Made by a program: the position numbers and the translations under genes. DNA of 64,000 bases from an uncultured Candidatus Saccharibacteria bacterium (GTDB taxonomy: Bacteria; Patescibacteriota; Minisyncoccia; Phycocordibacterales; UBA2163): the NCBI GenBank assembly GCA_964626705.1, contig CAZVGL010000001.1, positions 4,441-68,440 on the forward strand. Reading direction: 5' to 3'. The notes beneath the pieces are model-generated. The model did no database searches and was not told the origin of the DNA. It saw only the letters and a list, made by a program, of their open reading frames with translations. This document shows positions 49,081-58,205 of this stretch, piece after piece (the stretch's first letter is position 1; each line of letters opens with the position of its first letter).

Positions 49081-49317
49081 TTTTGTGGCAAAAAGTGTCC
49101 AAAATGCTGTATTTGTCGCCTGATTCTTGGTAGGTCTATGAGGAAGATCAGGGTCTTGATTAGTGGGTATGATATGTCTTGTTTTATTGCGACAATGCTA
49201 GTCTTTCTAGAATATCTGGCTTTGTTAAGCCATAAAGAAAACTGCTACCGTTCAGTATTTCACTACTATACCCCCGTCAGATATAAAGTCAATAGAGTTA
49301 TCCACCATGCCATAAAA

Positions 49318-50079
49318 CTATTTTTCAATCAATTTTGTTGCTTTTTCAAGTCTAGTTTTCCACACTATTTCAAAAATTTGTTTCATAGTATCAGCTATGT
49401 CTTTATTTTCTATACGAGTAATTTGTAAATCTCTAAAAGAAAAGAAAGAAATAAAATCATCCCCCACAGTCACAGAAATATTGGCAGAATATTCATCAAG
49501 TGGAATAGTTTTTAGTTGACGATTATATTTCCCATCAGTCTTTCTAGCCCAATCAAGATTGGGGTGGTCTGGCACGATCCCTCGCATTCTATTATTATTT
49601 TTCTTAAAATCCTCCATATTTTCTATAAAAAATTCAACAAGTTCTTTTGAGGCATCACCAGAATGTGCATAGAAACCAAGCGTTTCTTTATCTTTCATCT
49701 TTCTGTTTTCCCATCTGAAGTTTTCTTTCACACCTTTCATCCCCTCAAAAAATAAAGTTCTTGGTTTTGGTTTTTCTCCTTCTTTCATTGCTTTAAGTTG
49801 TGGCAATATAGTTTTTGCTAAAGATATTCGCTCTTCAGCCATAGCAAATAGTTCTTCAGGAGGCTTTGCCACGAAGAGCTGTTTTCTTACTCTAGGTATA
49901 CGACTTGCAAGGCCTTTTTCTATGAGGTCGTCTAAGATTACATAAGTAGTAGGTTTTTTAAGACCAGATTCTTCCGCAATACCATATGCAGAAGTCCTTC
50001 CGCGCTTGAGTAAGGCGGTATACACGCGAGCTTCTTTGTCTGTTAGTCCTAGGTTTTGTAAGGCTTCTATTATAGTCAT
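49318..50079 (-). CDS. TrmB-family transcriptional regulator
   Basis: LGLTDKEARVYTALL...IAEESGLKKPTTYVILDDLIEKGL; C-terminal FEIVW. Confidence 0.88.
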   Translation of the reverse strand: MTIIEALQNLGLTDKEARVYTALLKRGRTSAYGIAEESGLKKPTTYVILDDLIEKGLASRIPRVRKQLFVAKPPEELFAMAEERISLAKTILPQLKAMKEGEKPKPRTLFFEGMKGVKENFRWENRKMKDKETLGFYAHSGDASKELVEFFIENMEDFKKNNNRMRGIVPDHPNLDWARKTDGKYNRQLKTIPLDEYSANISVTVGDDFISFFSFRDLQITRIENKDIADTMKQIFEIVWKTRLEKATKLIEK

Positions 50080-50300
50080 ATTTTTAGTATATATTATATA
50101 AATAAATAGTCAATAATTTTGATGATAAGTCATATAAAAGTGTAAATAATGGCTTATTTAAAGGGGGTACTAGGTACTTTTTAGTCATTAAATTAGACAC
50201 TAGACTTGACTTTTTAAACTCATCATGTATAATGTAGGCAGAATCATAAATTAAATAATTATCATTTCTTTTACACTTTTCTCTTGAAAGGAGAATTATT

Positions 50301-50777
50301 ATGAAAAAGATTTTATTGATCGAAGATAGCCAGCACCATGTAGACTCTGCAAAGAAATTTTTTGCAGACAAAGATGTGGAACTAAAAATAGTTTGTAATT
50401 TTGATGGGTTTCTTGGAGAACTTAGAAACTTACGTGCAAACTATGACGGCATCTTGTCAGACATCTTCATACCATATGATGATGAGCAGTTCACAGAGGA
50501 AGTTCCTGCAGGGGTTGGGATTTTCTCAATATGTTCTGCTAGAGCGATTCCCTGCATTCTTGTTACAGCAGGACATCATCACGGTCAGAAATACCATTGG
50601 ATAGGATCTATGGTAACCCGTCTTGTTGGAGATGGTCGGCATGTACTTGTTGACACTAAAAAGAGTGGACATTATCTGGGCGACAAGGAGCTGGATGAAG
50701 ATTCTCCAGAGAAAAACTGGAGTCGCGCATACGAGAGTCTTTTGAAAGAGATCTCTCGAATCCCAGTCACAGGATGA
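50301..50777 (+). CDS. Orphan receiver-like domain protein
   Basis: MKKILLIEDS, YDGILSDIFIP, IPCILVT. Confidence 0.7.
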   Translation: MKKILLIEDSQHHVDSAKKFFADKDVELKIVCNFDGFLGELRNLRANYDGILSDIFIPYDDEQFTEEVPAGVGIFSICSARAIPCILVTAGHHHGQKYHWIGSMVTRLVGDGRHVLVDTKKSGHYLGDKELDEDSPEKNWSRAYESLLKEISRIPVTG

Positions 50778-51103
50778 TGAGATATCTTATATTTTATAAT
50801 AATTTTCTAAGGAGAAAAAAGTGAAGTAGACCAGAAAAAAAGTCCCCCTGGGCGAAGGCGTACAAACGTCTCGGCAACATAAAGCACACGCTATTTGTAG
50901 AGATAAGGTCTCTTAAAAAACCTTTCTGTATTGAGATGTGTATCTCAACTGATGATTCCGAAAGGATGAAACAGAATGCTCCCTGTTTGCTCAAGAGCAT
51001 AGCGATTGATTTGCAAACAGCAGTCCTGTTAAAGGTTCCCGATAGTTCTTTAAATTTAAAATTAAATATTTCTTTTAACTTTTCTCTTGAAAGGAGAATT
51101 GGA

Positions 51104-51409
51104 ATGAACTTGTTAAGTGTATATTTAGAAAATGATATTAAAGAAGCAATTAAAAACAAAAGGATGAACGAAAACCAGGTAAAGCAAACGATGAATGATG
51201 CCGCAAAGGAATACATAGATCAGTTTAGCGACAAGTCGCACAAATCAAATGCCATAGCGATAAAGTTGTTTTTATCAGGAGACTTTATAACTTGTGACTT
51301 TGAGAGATTTACGAAAGAGGCAGTAGAGATAGCTAGAAAAAAAGGTATTGAGGCAAAAAACTATTTTGAAATTCTTTTAGAAAAAGTTAGAGAGGGGAAT
51401 AAAAAATGA
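51104..51409 (+). CDS. Hypothetical protein
   Basis: Start moved to ATG 51104 after TCTCTTGAAAGGAGA. Confidence 0.55.
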   Translation: MNLLSVYLENDIKEAIKNKRMNENQVKQTMNDAAKEYIDQFSDKSHKSNAIAIKLFLSGDFITCDFERFTKEAVEIARKKGIEAKNYFEILLEKVREGNKK

Positions 51410-51801
51410 AAACTGAAAAAACTGTTAAGAAGGCCTTAAGAGTAAAATGTCATCTTTGTGGAAAAAGAATGGCGGTTCAGCAAGGAACCTTAGATGTTGG
51501 TCCATATACGTGCGAAAACTGTTTTGACGAGATTAATAAAGGATCAAGAAAATTTAAAGTGCATTGGGGAAGCGAAGTAGATAAGGAAATTGAGATATTG
51601 AAGTTTAAAGCTGTTGCTCAAGAGAAATCAATGAAACTCTGTTGTAGTAATAAGAGTAAATGCGGTATGGATACACATGACGTTGGCGATGTACTTGTAT
51701 TCTTTGATGTAAATGTACGATTTTCTGACGGAAAAGAATTTCATTACGATGGATGTTGCCACATAATTCCACCTATTGAGTACTGGTGTGTTGCGTCTTA
51801 G
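51406..51801 (+). CDS. Cys-rich hypothetical protein with CxxC...CxxC
   Basis: CHLC and CENC; ATGA overlap with the previous ORF. Confidence 0.55.
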   Translation: MKTEKTVKKALRVKCHLCGKRMAVQQGTLDVGPYTCENCFDEINKGSRKFKVHWGSEVDKEIEILKFKAVAQEKSMKLCCSNKSKCGMDTHDVGDVLVFFDVNVRFSDGKEFHYDGCCHIIPPIEYWCVAS

Positions 51802-51880
51802 AAAGGGGGCGGATAGATTTTACAATAAAAGGTAAAATTTATTCGCCTTTTGTTGTTTTTATTATGTTATTATTTTACAT

Positions 51881-52831
51881 ATGTCTAAGTTAGAACAAGA
51901 CAAACAAATAAAAGTAAATAATGAAAATATTACTACAATATTAAGATTTTACGATATTACAAAATTTACTTACCGTGAAATAAAACAAGGTATTGAAAAT
52001 ACATCTCTATATATTGAAGAAGACAATAAAAAATATGTATTAAGAATTTATCGCGCTGACAGTAAGACTGACAAAGAGATTTGTTTTGAGCTTGAATTCC
52101 AAGATTATTTACGCAAACACAAGATTCCTATTCCTATCATATATAAAAATATAGATGGAAATGAATTAAGTATTATAGAGTTAGGTAGCACAAAATGGCA
52201 AGTAATCTTAATGGAATTTTGTAAAGGTGATATAGGAATCTCAAACATTACCTATAGTAATCAGTTAATACATGAACTTGCCACGATTCAGTCAAAGATG
52301 CATAAGCTTGGAGTGGTTTTTTCTAAAAAATATCCGTGTGAAAATAAATGGAAAAATCTAAAAGATTCTTACGTAATAAAAATCGATGTAAATAAATATT
52401 CCGATAGAATAAAAAGTTTTCTTCAAAGATCTAATTCATTTTCATATATATTACCTACAGAAATTACATATGGATACAATCATTTAGATATTGATTTTGA
52501 TGGCAATGTTATTGTTAATAATGACACTATTTCTGGAATTATAGACTTTGATGATCTTAAGTATTCACCAAATATCGTGTGTTTGGGGTATACACTTTGG
52601 GGTATCCTATTTGATTATGGAATAGATGAAATGAATACGTATTTAAAAAAATATCAAGAATTACATCCATTAAATCAATTTGAAATGGAAGCACTTCCAC
52701 AGTGCATATTGTTTAGAAATTATACGATCGGAGTACTTAATCGTTTATTTGAAGGTAGCGACGAAAAAATAGAGAAAATTATTAAACTTGAATCAGAGAT
52801 TCCTAGGTTGTTTAATTCATACAATCTTTAA
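51881..52831 (+). CDS. Phosphotransferase (homoserine kinase type II / APH-like)
   Basis: QGIENT, YVLRIY, HLD..GNV, IIDFDD. Confidence 0.85.
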   Translation: MSKLEQDKQIKVNNENITTILRFYDITKFTYREIKQGIENTSLYIEEDNKKYVLRIYRADSKTDKEICFELEFQDYLRKHKIPIPIIYKNIDGNELSIIELGSTKWQVILMEFCKGDIGISNITYSNQLIHELATIQSKMHKLGVVFSKKYPCENKWKNLKDSYVIKIDVNKYSDRIKSFLQRSNSFSYILPTEITYGYNHLDIDFDGNVIVNNDTISGIIDFDDLKYSPNIVCLGYTLWGILFDYGIDEMNTYLKKYQELHPLNQFEMEALPQCILFRNYTIGVLNRLFEGSDEKIEKIIKLESEIPRLFNSYNL

Positions 52832-52911
52832 AGACAATATAAAAAATGTGAAAATCTGTATTTTTTAGTAGTTTTTCACGATTTTGTTACGTGATTTGTT
52901 GAAAAATACTG

Positions 52912-52932
52912 CCGCTAGGTCAAACCTAGCGG
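52912..52932. repeat. Short palindrome with the family 1 core
   Basis: CCGCT-AGGT-CAA-ACCT-AGCGG. Confidence 0.6.
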
Positions 52933-52992
52933 ATTTATTCTTTCTAGGTCTTTTTTGATTGACAATGTCATTACATTGAATATAATATAAAT

Positions 52993-53271
52993 ATGGACTC
53001 AACATTACAAATAAGAATAAACAAAAGAACTAAAGAAAAGGCTAAAAAGGTATTTAATGACCTCGGTATAGACATGTCTTCTGGTGTGAAGTTATACCTT
53101 TCGCAGGTAATCAATACTGGCTCCATATTATTTTATCCCACTACTAAGAATGGTTTTTCTATGGCTAAAGAGCAAGAGATGATAGAAGAAGTAAATCAGG
53201 TTATTGATAATAAAAGAGGTAAATTATACAAAACCGCTGAAGAAGCTCATGTAGATATATTAAAGACATAG
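52993..53271 (+). CDS. dinJ: RelB/DinJ-family antitoxin
   Basis: LQIRINKRTKEKAKKVFNDLGIDMSSGVKLYL. Confidence 0.88.
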   Translation: MDSTLQIRINKRTKEKAKKVFNDLGIDMSSGVKLYLSQVINTGSILFYPTTKNGFSMAKEQEMIEEVNQVIDNKRGKLYKTAEEAHVDILKT

Positions 53272-53274
53272 TTT

Positions 53275-53556
53275 ATGTTTAAGATAAAAATTGCTCCCAC
53301 CTATAAGAGAGCTTTTAAAAGGTTGGTCAAATCAGGCAGAGCAAAAGACGTTAAAAAATTAGAAGGGGTTATAGGGCTCATCGCTTCTGGGCAGAAATTA
53401 GATAAAAAACATAAGAATCATTTTTTAACAGGTAAAATGTCGGAATTTCAAGAATGTCATATAAAAGATGATCTATTACTTATTTACTTTAAAAATAAAC
53501 AAAATTTAGTTCTAGTACTAATTAATACAGGTAATCATTCAGAATTATTTAGTTAA
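53275..53556 (+). CDS. yafQ: YafQ-family mRNA interferase toxin
   Basis: HFLTG, ECHIKDDLLLIY, TGNHSELF. Confidence 0.92.
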   Translation: MFKIKIAPTYKRAFKRLVKSGRAKDVKKLEGVIGLIASGQKLDKKHKNHFLTGKMSEFQECHIKDDLLLIYFKNKQNLVLVLINTGNHSELFS

Positions 53557-53575
53557 AATATGCATTACAAAACCT

Positions 53576-53651
53576 CTCCTCAATGTCCCACCTACGAAGG
53601 AGGAGTTTCGTATCTCCTTCGTCGTCTATCTGCGAGGAACAACCTTTTCCC
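53576..53651 (+). repeat. REP/MITE-like family 1 element (diverged)
   Basis: CTCCTCAATGTCCCACCT-hairpin-CGAGGAACAACCTTTTCCC. Confidence 0.8.
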
Positions 53652-53688
53652 TAGATTTTTGAAATTTAATTTATGGTATATTACTTAA

Positions 53689-55644
53689 ATGCATTTAAAA
53701 GGACTTAATCCACAACAAAAAGAGGCGGTACTCCATAAAGATGGACCACTTTTAATAATCGCCGGTGCCGGAGCAGGGAAGACCAAGACTATCACGCACA
53801 GAATACTTAATCTTATAAAATCAGGTATAGCACCTGAGAATATTCTCGCTGTGACATTCACAAACAAAGCAGCAAAAGAAATGAAGGGTCGGGTGAAGGA
53901 TTTGATAGATAAAGATGAAGAAATTAATTTCCCTATCTCTACTAATGCATATCCGTATGTTGCAACATTCCATGCACTTGGAGTAAAGATGCTAAAAGAG
54001 AATGCACGGCTTTTAAATACAACAAGACATTTTAAAATTTTTGACAGAAATGATTCCCTACGTGCTATTAAAGATGCTATCAAGAAGGTTGACCTTGATC
54101 CCAAACAATATCCACCAAAAGTAATGTTAAGTGTAATCTCAAAACAAAAAGGTAATGCAGTAACTTTGCAAATGTATGAAGAAAATGTTGGCAATTCATA
54201 TTTCCCAAAAATAGTTGCACAAGTATGGCGCGAATATGAAAAAACTTTACAAAGTGAAAAAGCATATGACTTTGACGACTTGCTTTTGAAGGTTGTAATT
54301 TTGCTAGAACAAAACAGCCAAGTACTAGATAGATATCAAAACACTTGGAAGTATATTCATATAGACGAGTATCAAGACACAAACAAAGTTCAATACAAAT
54401 TTGCAAGACTTCTGTCTAAAAAACATAATAATATTTGTGTTGTGGGAGATGGAGATCAGAATGTCTATAGTTGGAGAGGAGCAGATATGCAAAACATGTT
54501 GGATTTTGAAAAACATTACTCAGGTGCTGAGACAATGCTTCTTGAAGAGAATTATCGTTCCACCAAAACAATAATAGAAGTTTCAAATAAAATAATACAG
54601 AAAAATAAAAACCGCAAAGAGAAAAATTTATTTACAAACAATCAAGACGGAGAAAATATCTCACTTTTTTCAGCTTACAATGAAATGCAAGAGGCGCAGT
54701 TTATCGCAGTGAAGGCTAAAGAGCTTATAGAGGCAGGTGTAGAACCCAAGGATATAGCTGTACTTTATAGGGCTAACTTTCAATCTAGAATACTAGAAGA
54801 GGTATTTTTAGCAACAGATATTCCGTATCAAGTGCTTGGTGTGCGCTTCTTTGAGCGTAAGGAGGTAAAGGATATCTTGGCATTTTTGAGTGCAGCACTT
54901 AATCCGGAAAGTATTTCTGACATGAAAAGGATTATAAACGTACCGGCACGTGGAATCGGCAAAGTAACACTTTTAAAAATCGTAGAAGGTAGGGAAGATG
55001 AGCTAAGTTTGAAAGTTGCACAGAAGGTAGATGATTTTAAACTACTTCTTAAGAAGATCGCACACACGGCAATGAATGCAAAACCAAGTGAGACTATTAA
55101 ATTTATACTCAAAGAGTCTGGACTCGAAAGTCTTTTAAAGAACGGAAGTGAAGAAGATTTGGAAAGACTTGAAAACATAAAAGAGCTTACAACGCTTGCT
55201 ATGCGTTACGATGTTATGTCACCAAGTGACGGAATAGAAAAACTTCTAGAAGACGCTGCACTTGCATCAGACCAAGACGAGCTTAAAGAAGACAAGAATG
55301 CAGTACGACTGATGACAGTGCATGCGTCCAAAGGTTTGGAGTTTAGCGTCGTGTTTATAACAGGGCTTGAGGACGGACTCTTCCCGCATAGTTCGATGGG
55401 AGATGAGAAGCGGGACGACGAAGAGGAGCGTAGACTTTTCTATGTTGCTCTCACAAGAGCGAAGAAAAAAGTATTTCTTACACATACATCGGTTAGAACT
55501 ATCTTTGGCTCACAGAAAGTAAACTTGCCGTCGGAGTTTATTATGGATATAGATGAGAGTTTTATAGATGAGGTTATGCTCGACGGTGCGGAAGCTACTA
55601 ATAGCCCTGCTCCCACAAAAGAGTATTTAATAGATTTTGATTAA
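53689..55644 (+). CDS. pcrA: UvrD/PcrA DNA helicase
   Basis: AGAGAGKT, TFTNKAA, DEYQD, ENYRS, MTVHASKGLEF, EERRLFYVA. Confidence 0.97.
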   Translation: MHLKGLNPQQKEAVLHKDGPLLIIAGAGAGKTKTITHRILNLIKSGIAPENILAVTFTNKAAKEMKGRVKDLIDKDEEINFPISTNAYPYVATFHALGVKMLKENARLLNTTRHFKIFDRNDSLRAIKDAIKKVDLDPKQYPPKVMLSVISKQKGNAVTLQMYEENVGNSYFPKIVAQVWREYEKTLQSEKAYDFDDLLLKVVILLEQNSQVLDRYQNTWKYIHIDEYQDTNKVQYKFARLLSKKHNNICVVGDGDQNVYSWRGADMQNMLDFEKHYSGAETMLLEENYRSTKTIIEVSNKIIQKNKNRKEKNLFTNNQDGENISLFSAYNEMQEAQFIAVKAKELIEAGVEPKDIAVLYRANFQSRILEEVFLATDIPYQVLGVRFFERKEVKDILAFLSAALNPESISDMKRIINVPARGIGKVTLLKIVEGREDELSLKVAQKVDDFKLLLKKIAHTAMNAKPSETIKFILKESGLESLLKNGSEEDLERLENIKELTTLAMRYDVMSPSDGIEKLLEDAALASDQDELKEDKNAVRLMTVHASKGLEFSVVFITGLEDGLFPHSSMGDEKRDDEEERRLFYVALTRAKKKVFLTHTSVRTIFGSQKVNLPSEFIMDIDESFIDEVMLDGAEATNSPAPTKEYLIDFD

Positions 55645-55649
55645 ACATT

Positions 55650-56486
55650 ATGAGAGCTAAAAAATCATTAGGACAAAACTTTCTTACATCACAGTCTGTG
55701 GTAGATAAAATAGTCGCAACAGCAAATCTCAGTAATGATGATGTTGTTCTGGAAGTGGGTCCAGGTAAAGGTATTTTGACCCAAACTTTACTTAGGTCAG
55801 CGGGGAAGGTTATAGCTGTTGAAAAGGATGACGCTTTGATTTATCTACTGAAAGAAAAATTTGCACAAGAAATTAAAGAAGAGAGATTAACCTTTGTACG
55901 TGGTGATATATTGAAATTTGATTTTGAAAGTCTTGAGGAGAAATTTAAAATAGTCGCCAATATCCCTTACTACATAACTGGGGAGTTCTTGCGCAAAGTA
56001 CTTTCATCAAATACACAACCTACTCAGATGGTACTTCTTGTGCAAAAAGAAGTCGCAGAAAGGATAGCAAAAAGTAAAAAAGAAAGCATTTTGTCGTTAA
56101 GTGTAAAGGTATATGGCGAACCGAAGTATATTCAAACAGTAAAAGCTGGAAGTTTTAGTCCAGCGCCAAAAGTTGATTCAGCTATTTTGTCTATAGAAAA
56201 CATATCCAAGCAATTTTTTAGCAACAGCGAGGTTGAACCTCTATGTTCAGCAGAAAAGAGATTTTTTGAGGTGGTTAAAACAGGCTTTGCTCATAAAAGA
56301 AAGCTTTTAATAAATAATTTGGGCAGTTTTATAGACCCCGAACGACAAGCTAACGGGGCAGGTAAAGAAATACTTAAAAAAGCCTTTAAACAAGTCAAAA
56401 TAGATGAAAAAACCCGCGCAGAAGATATCAGTTTAGAGCAGTGGAAACAGCTTCTAAGTGTTCTAAGCTCGGTTTCAAGCACTTGA
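55650..56486 (+). CDS. rsmA: 16S rRNA dimethyltransferase RsmA/KsgA
   Basis: KKSLGQNFL, EVGPGKG, ANIPYYIT, PAPKVDSA. Confidence 0.97.
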   Translation: MRAKKSLGQNFLTSQSVVDKIVATANLSNDDVVLEVGPGKGILTQTLLRSAGKVIAVEKDDALIYLLKEKFAQEIKEERLTFVRGDILKFDFESLEEKFKIVANIPYYITGEFLRKVLSSNTQPTQMVLLVQKEVAERIAKSKKESILSLSVKVYGEPKYIQTVKAGSFSPAPKVDSAILSIENISKQFFSNSEVEPLCSAEKRFFEVVKTGFAHKRKLLINNLGSFIDPERQANGAGKEILKKAFKQVKIDEKTRAEDISLEQWKQLLSVLSSVSST

Positions 56487-56502
56487 ACAATTATTTGAGG
56501 AA

Positions 56503-57069
56503 TTAAAAACTTGTTCCAACCATCTGGATTACATGAGGGTGTCCCAAAGTATCAAGCTTTTTTCCAAAACCAAACTTGCTTGCAAAACCAGCTATTCCTA
56601 ATGCTTGTCCAATTTGCGCAGAAGACACCTTTAATATGGTGTCACCTATTGCTTGTTGAAATATAATATTAGTACCAAACGTAGAGTATAAAGATATTGC
56701 AGTACCCGCAATTATTAATGCTGTTCCAAAACCTGGTGAGAAAAGTCCGCTTTTTCCCTTACATGTTACAGTACCAGTGTCCGCATTACCAAGTGTCCAT
56801 GTACCATTTCGAAATACACCGTGTTTGAATACACGACTACTATCTGTCAGGAGAAATTGTCCGCCTCTTGGACCTCCTATGGTTAACATCATTCCAGCTG
56901 GTGTCTTGCATGGCTGTATGCTTATAATCCTACCTCCAAATGGCTTAATGCCAGCATATGAATAAGAATATAAAGATGATATCTGTGCAGATACTGAAAC
57001 TGGATAAACTGTTGTTATGGAAAACAGAACAATTAATAAGATTAAGATTATTTTTTTTGAATAAAACAT
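56503..57069 (-). CDS. Secreted/membrane hypothetical protein
   Basis: Signal peptide ending VSA; PFGGRI...C motif; start uncertain. Confidence 0.55.
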   Translation of the reverse strand: MFYSKKIILILLIVLFSITTVYPVSVSAQISSLYSYSYAGIKPFGGRIISIQPCKTPAGMMLTIGGPRGGQFLLTDSSRVFKHGVFRNGTWTLGNADTGTVTCKGKSGLFSPGFGTALIIAGTAISLYSTFGTNIIFQQAIGDTILKVSSAQIGQALGIAGFASKFGFGKKLDTLGHPHVIQMVGTSF

Positions 57070-57190
57070 ATACTGTAACGATAACATAAAAATTAAAACT
57101 TTGATTGTTATTATCCACATTAAAATAACTATTTAAGTATTTAAAATGGCTATTTCTGATATAATTAAAATATAGATAAGTAATAATAAA

Positions 57191-58195
57191 TTGAATTTAT
57201 TATCGAAGAAAAAGCTTAAGTTTGTAATTTTTGGATTATTTCTAGTAGTAATAATCGGTTTTTTGGCGTCACAGCCTAATCATCTGAAATATGGCGGTAA
57301 TGAAATATTGTTAGCTGGTACTTTAGATAGAGGTGCACAGATAAAGATATTAGAAAATATAAATAAGAAAGATACCGATAATGATGGACTTAAAGATTGG
57401 GAAGAAGAGCTGTGGGGAACTGACCTCAGAAATCCTGATACTGATGGTGATGGGACAAAAGATAGTGATGAAATACAAATAGGACGAGACCCTCTTAATG
57501 GAGGACTTAATGATGAAGTTAATAATAAACCTTTTGCACAGAATAAAGAAAATAAAAGTGAAAGCACATTTAAAAGTCTTACTGATACAGATATTTTTGC
57601 ACAGAATTTATTTACAGAATACTTATCCTTACGAAGATCAAACGAATCGCTTAATGATATAGATAAAAATTTTTTAGTTAATTCTGCTGTAGCCGATGCT
57701 TTAAATACTGAATCTAACAAACAGTATGAAATCGCTAATTTGAATATTACAAATGACAATAGTGTAACAGCGTTTAAGAGATATGGAAATGATTTTGCTC
57801 AGATAATACAGTTTTATTCAAATAATTTGCCACAAGATGAATTAACTGTTTTTGAAAGGATATTAAGGACAGAAGATAAAAAAGACATTGTATATCTTAG
57901 TGAATCTGCAGGTGTATACCGCTCAGCAGTAGATGAGTTAAAATATATTAGTGTACCAAGTGATCTTACTTTTGTTCATTTGGATATTTTAAATAGTTAT
58001 ATGGCTATCAGCGGTGCATTGGAGGATATGAGTTTGGTATTAGATGATCCTATCCGCGGATTAAGCGGGTTTAGTATTTATACCAATACAAAGGATTTAC
58101 AAGTTGGACTTTTCAAAAAGATTATAGATTCTCTCATAGAAAATAGGGTTGTTTTTAGTGTAAGTGAAGTAGGATATATGTGGCATACGATTTAA
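57191..58195 (+). CDS. Membrane-anchored protein with thrombospondin type 3-like Asp-rich repeats
   Basis: DTDNDGLKDWEE, NPDTDGDGTKDSDE. Confidence 0.75.
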   Translation: MNLLSKKKLKFVIFGLFLVVIIGFLASQPNHLKYGGNEILLAGTLDRGAQIKILENINKKDTDNDGLKDWEEELWGTDLRNPDTDGDGTKDSDEIQIGRDPLNGGLNDEVNNKPFAQNKENKSESTFKSLTDTDIFAQNLFTEYLSLRRSNESLNDIDKNFLVNSAVADALNTESNKQYEIANLNITNDNSVTAFKRYGNDFAQIIQFYSNNLPQDELTVFERILRTEDKKDIVYLSESAGVYRSAVDELKYISVPSDLTFVHLDILNSYMAISGALEDMSLVLDDPIRGLSGFSIYTNTKDLQVGLFKKIIDSLIENRVVFSVSEVGYMWHTI

Positions 58196-58205
58196 TTTTT
58201 AAAAG

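Noticed and set aside
49081-49260. Extended start or regulatory RNA upstream of the M23 peptidase
   Set aside because: The frame stays open about 39 codons upstream without ATG/GTG/TTG; a non-canonical start is possible but cannot be supported from sequence alone
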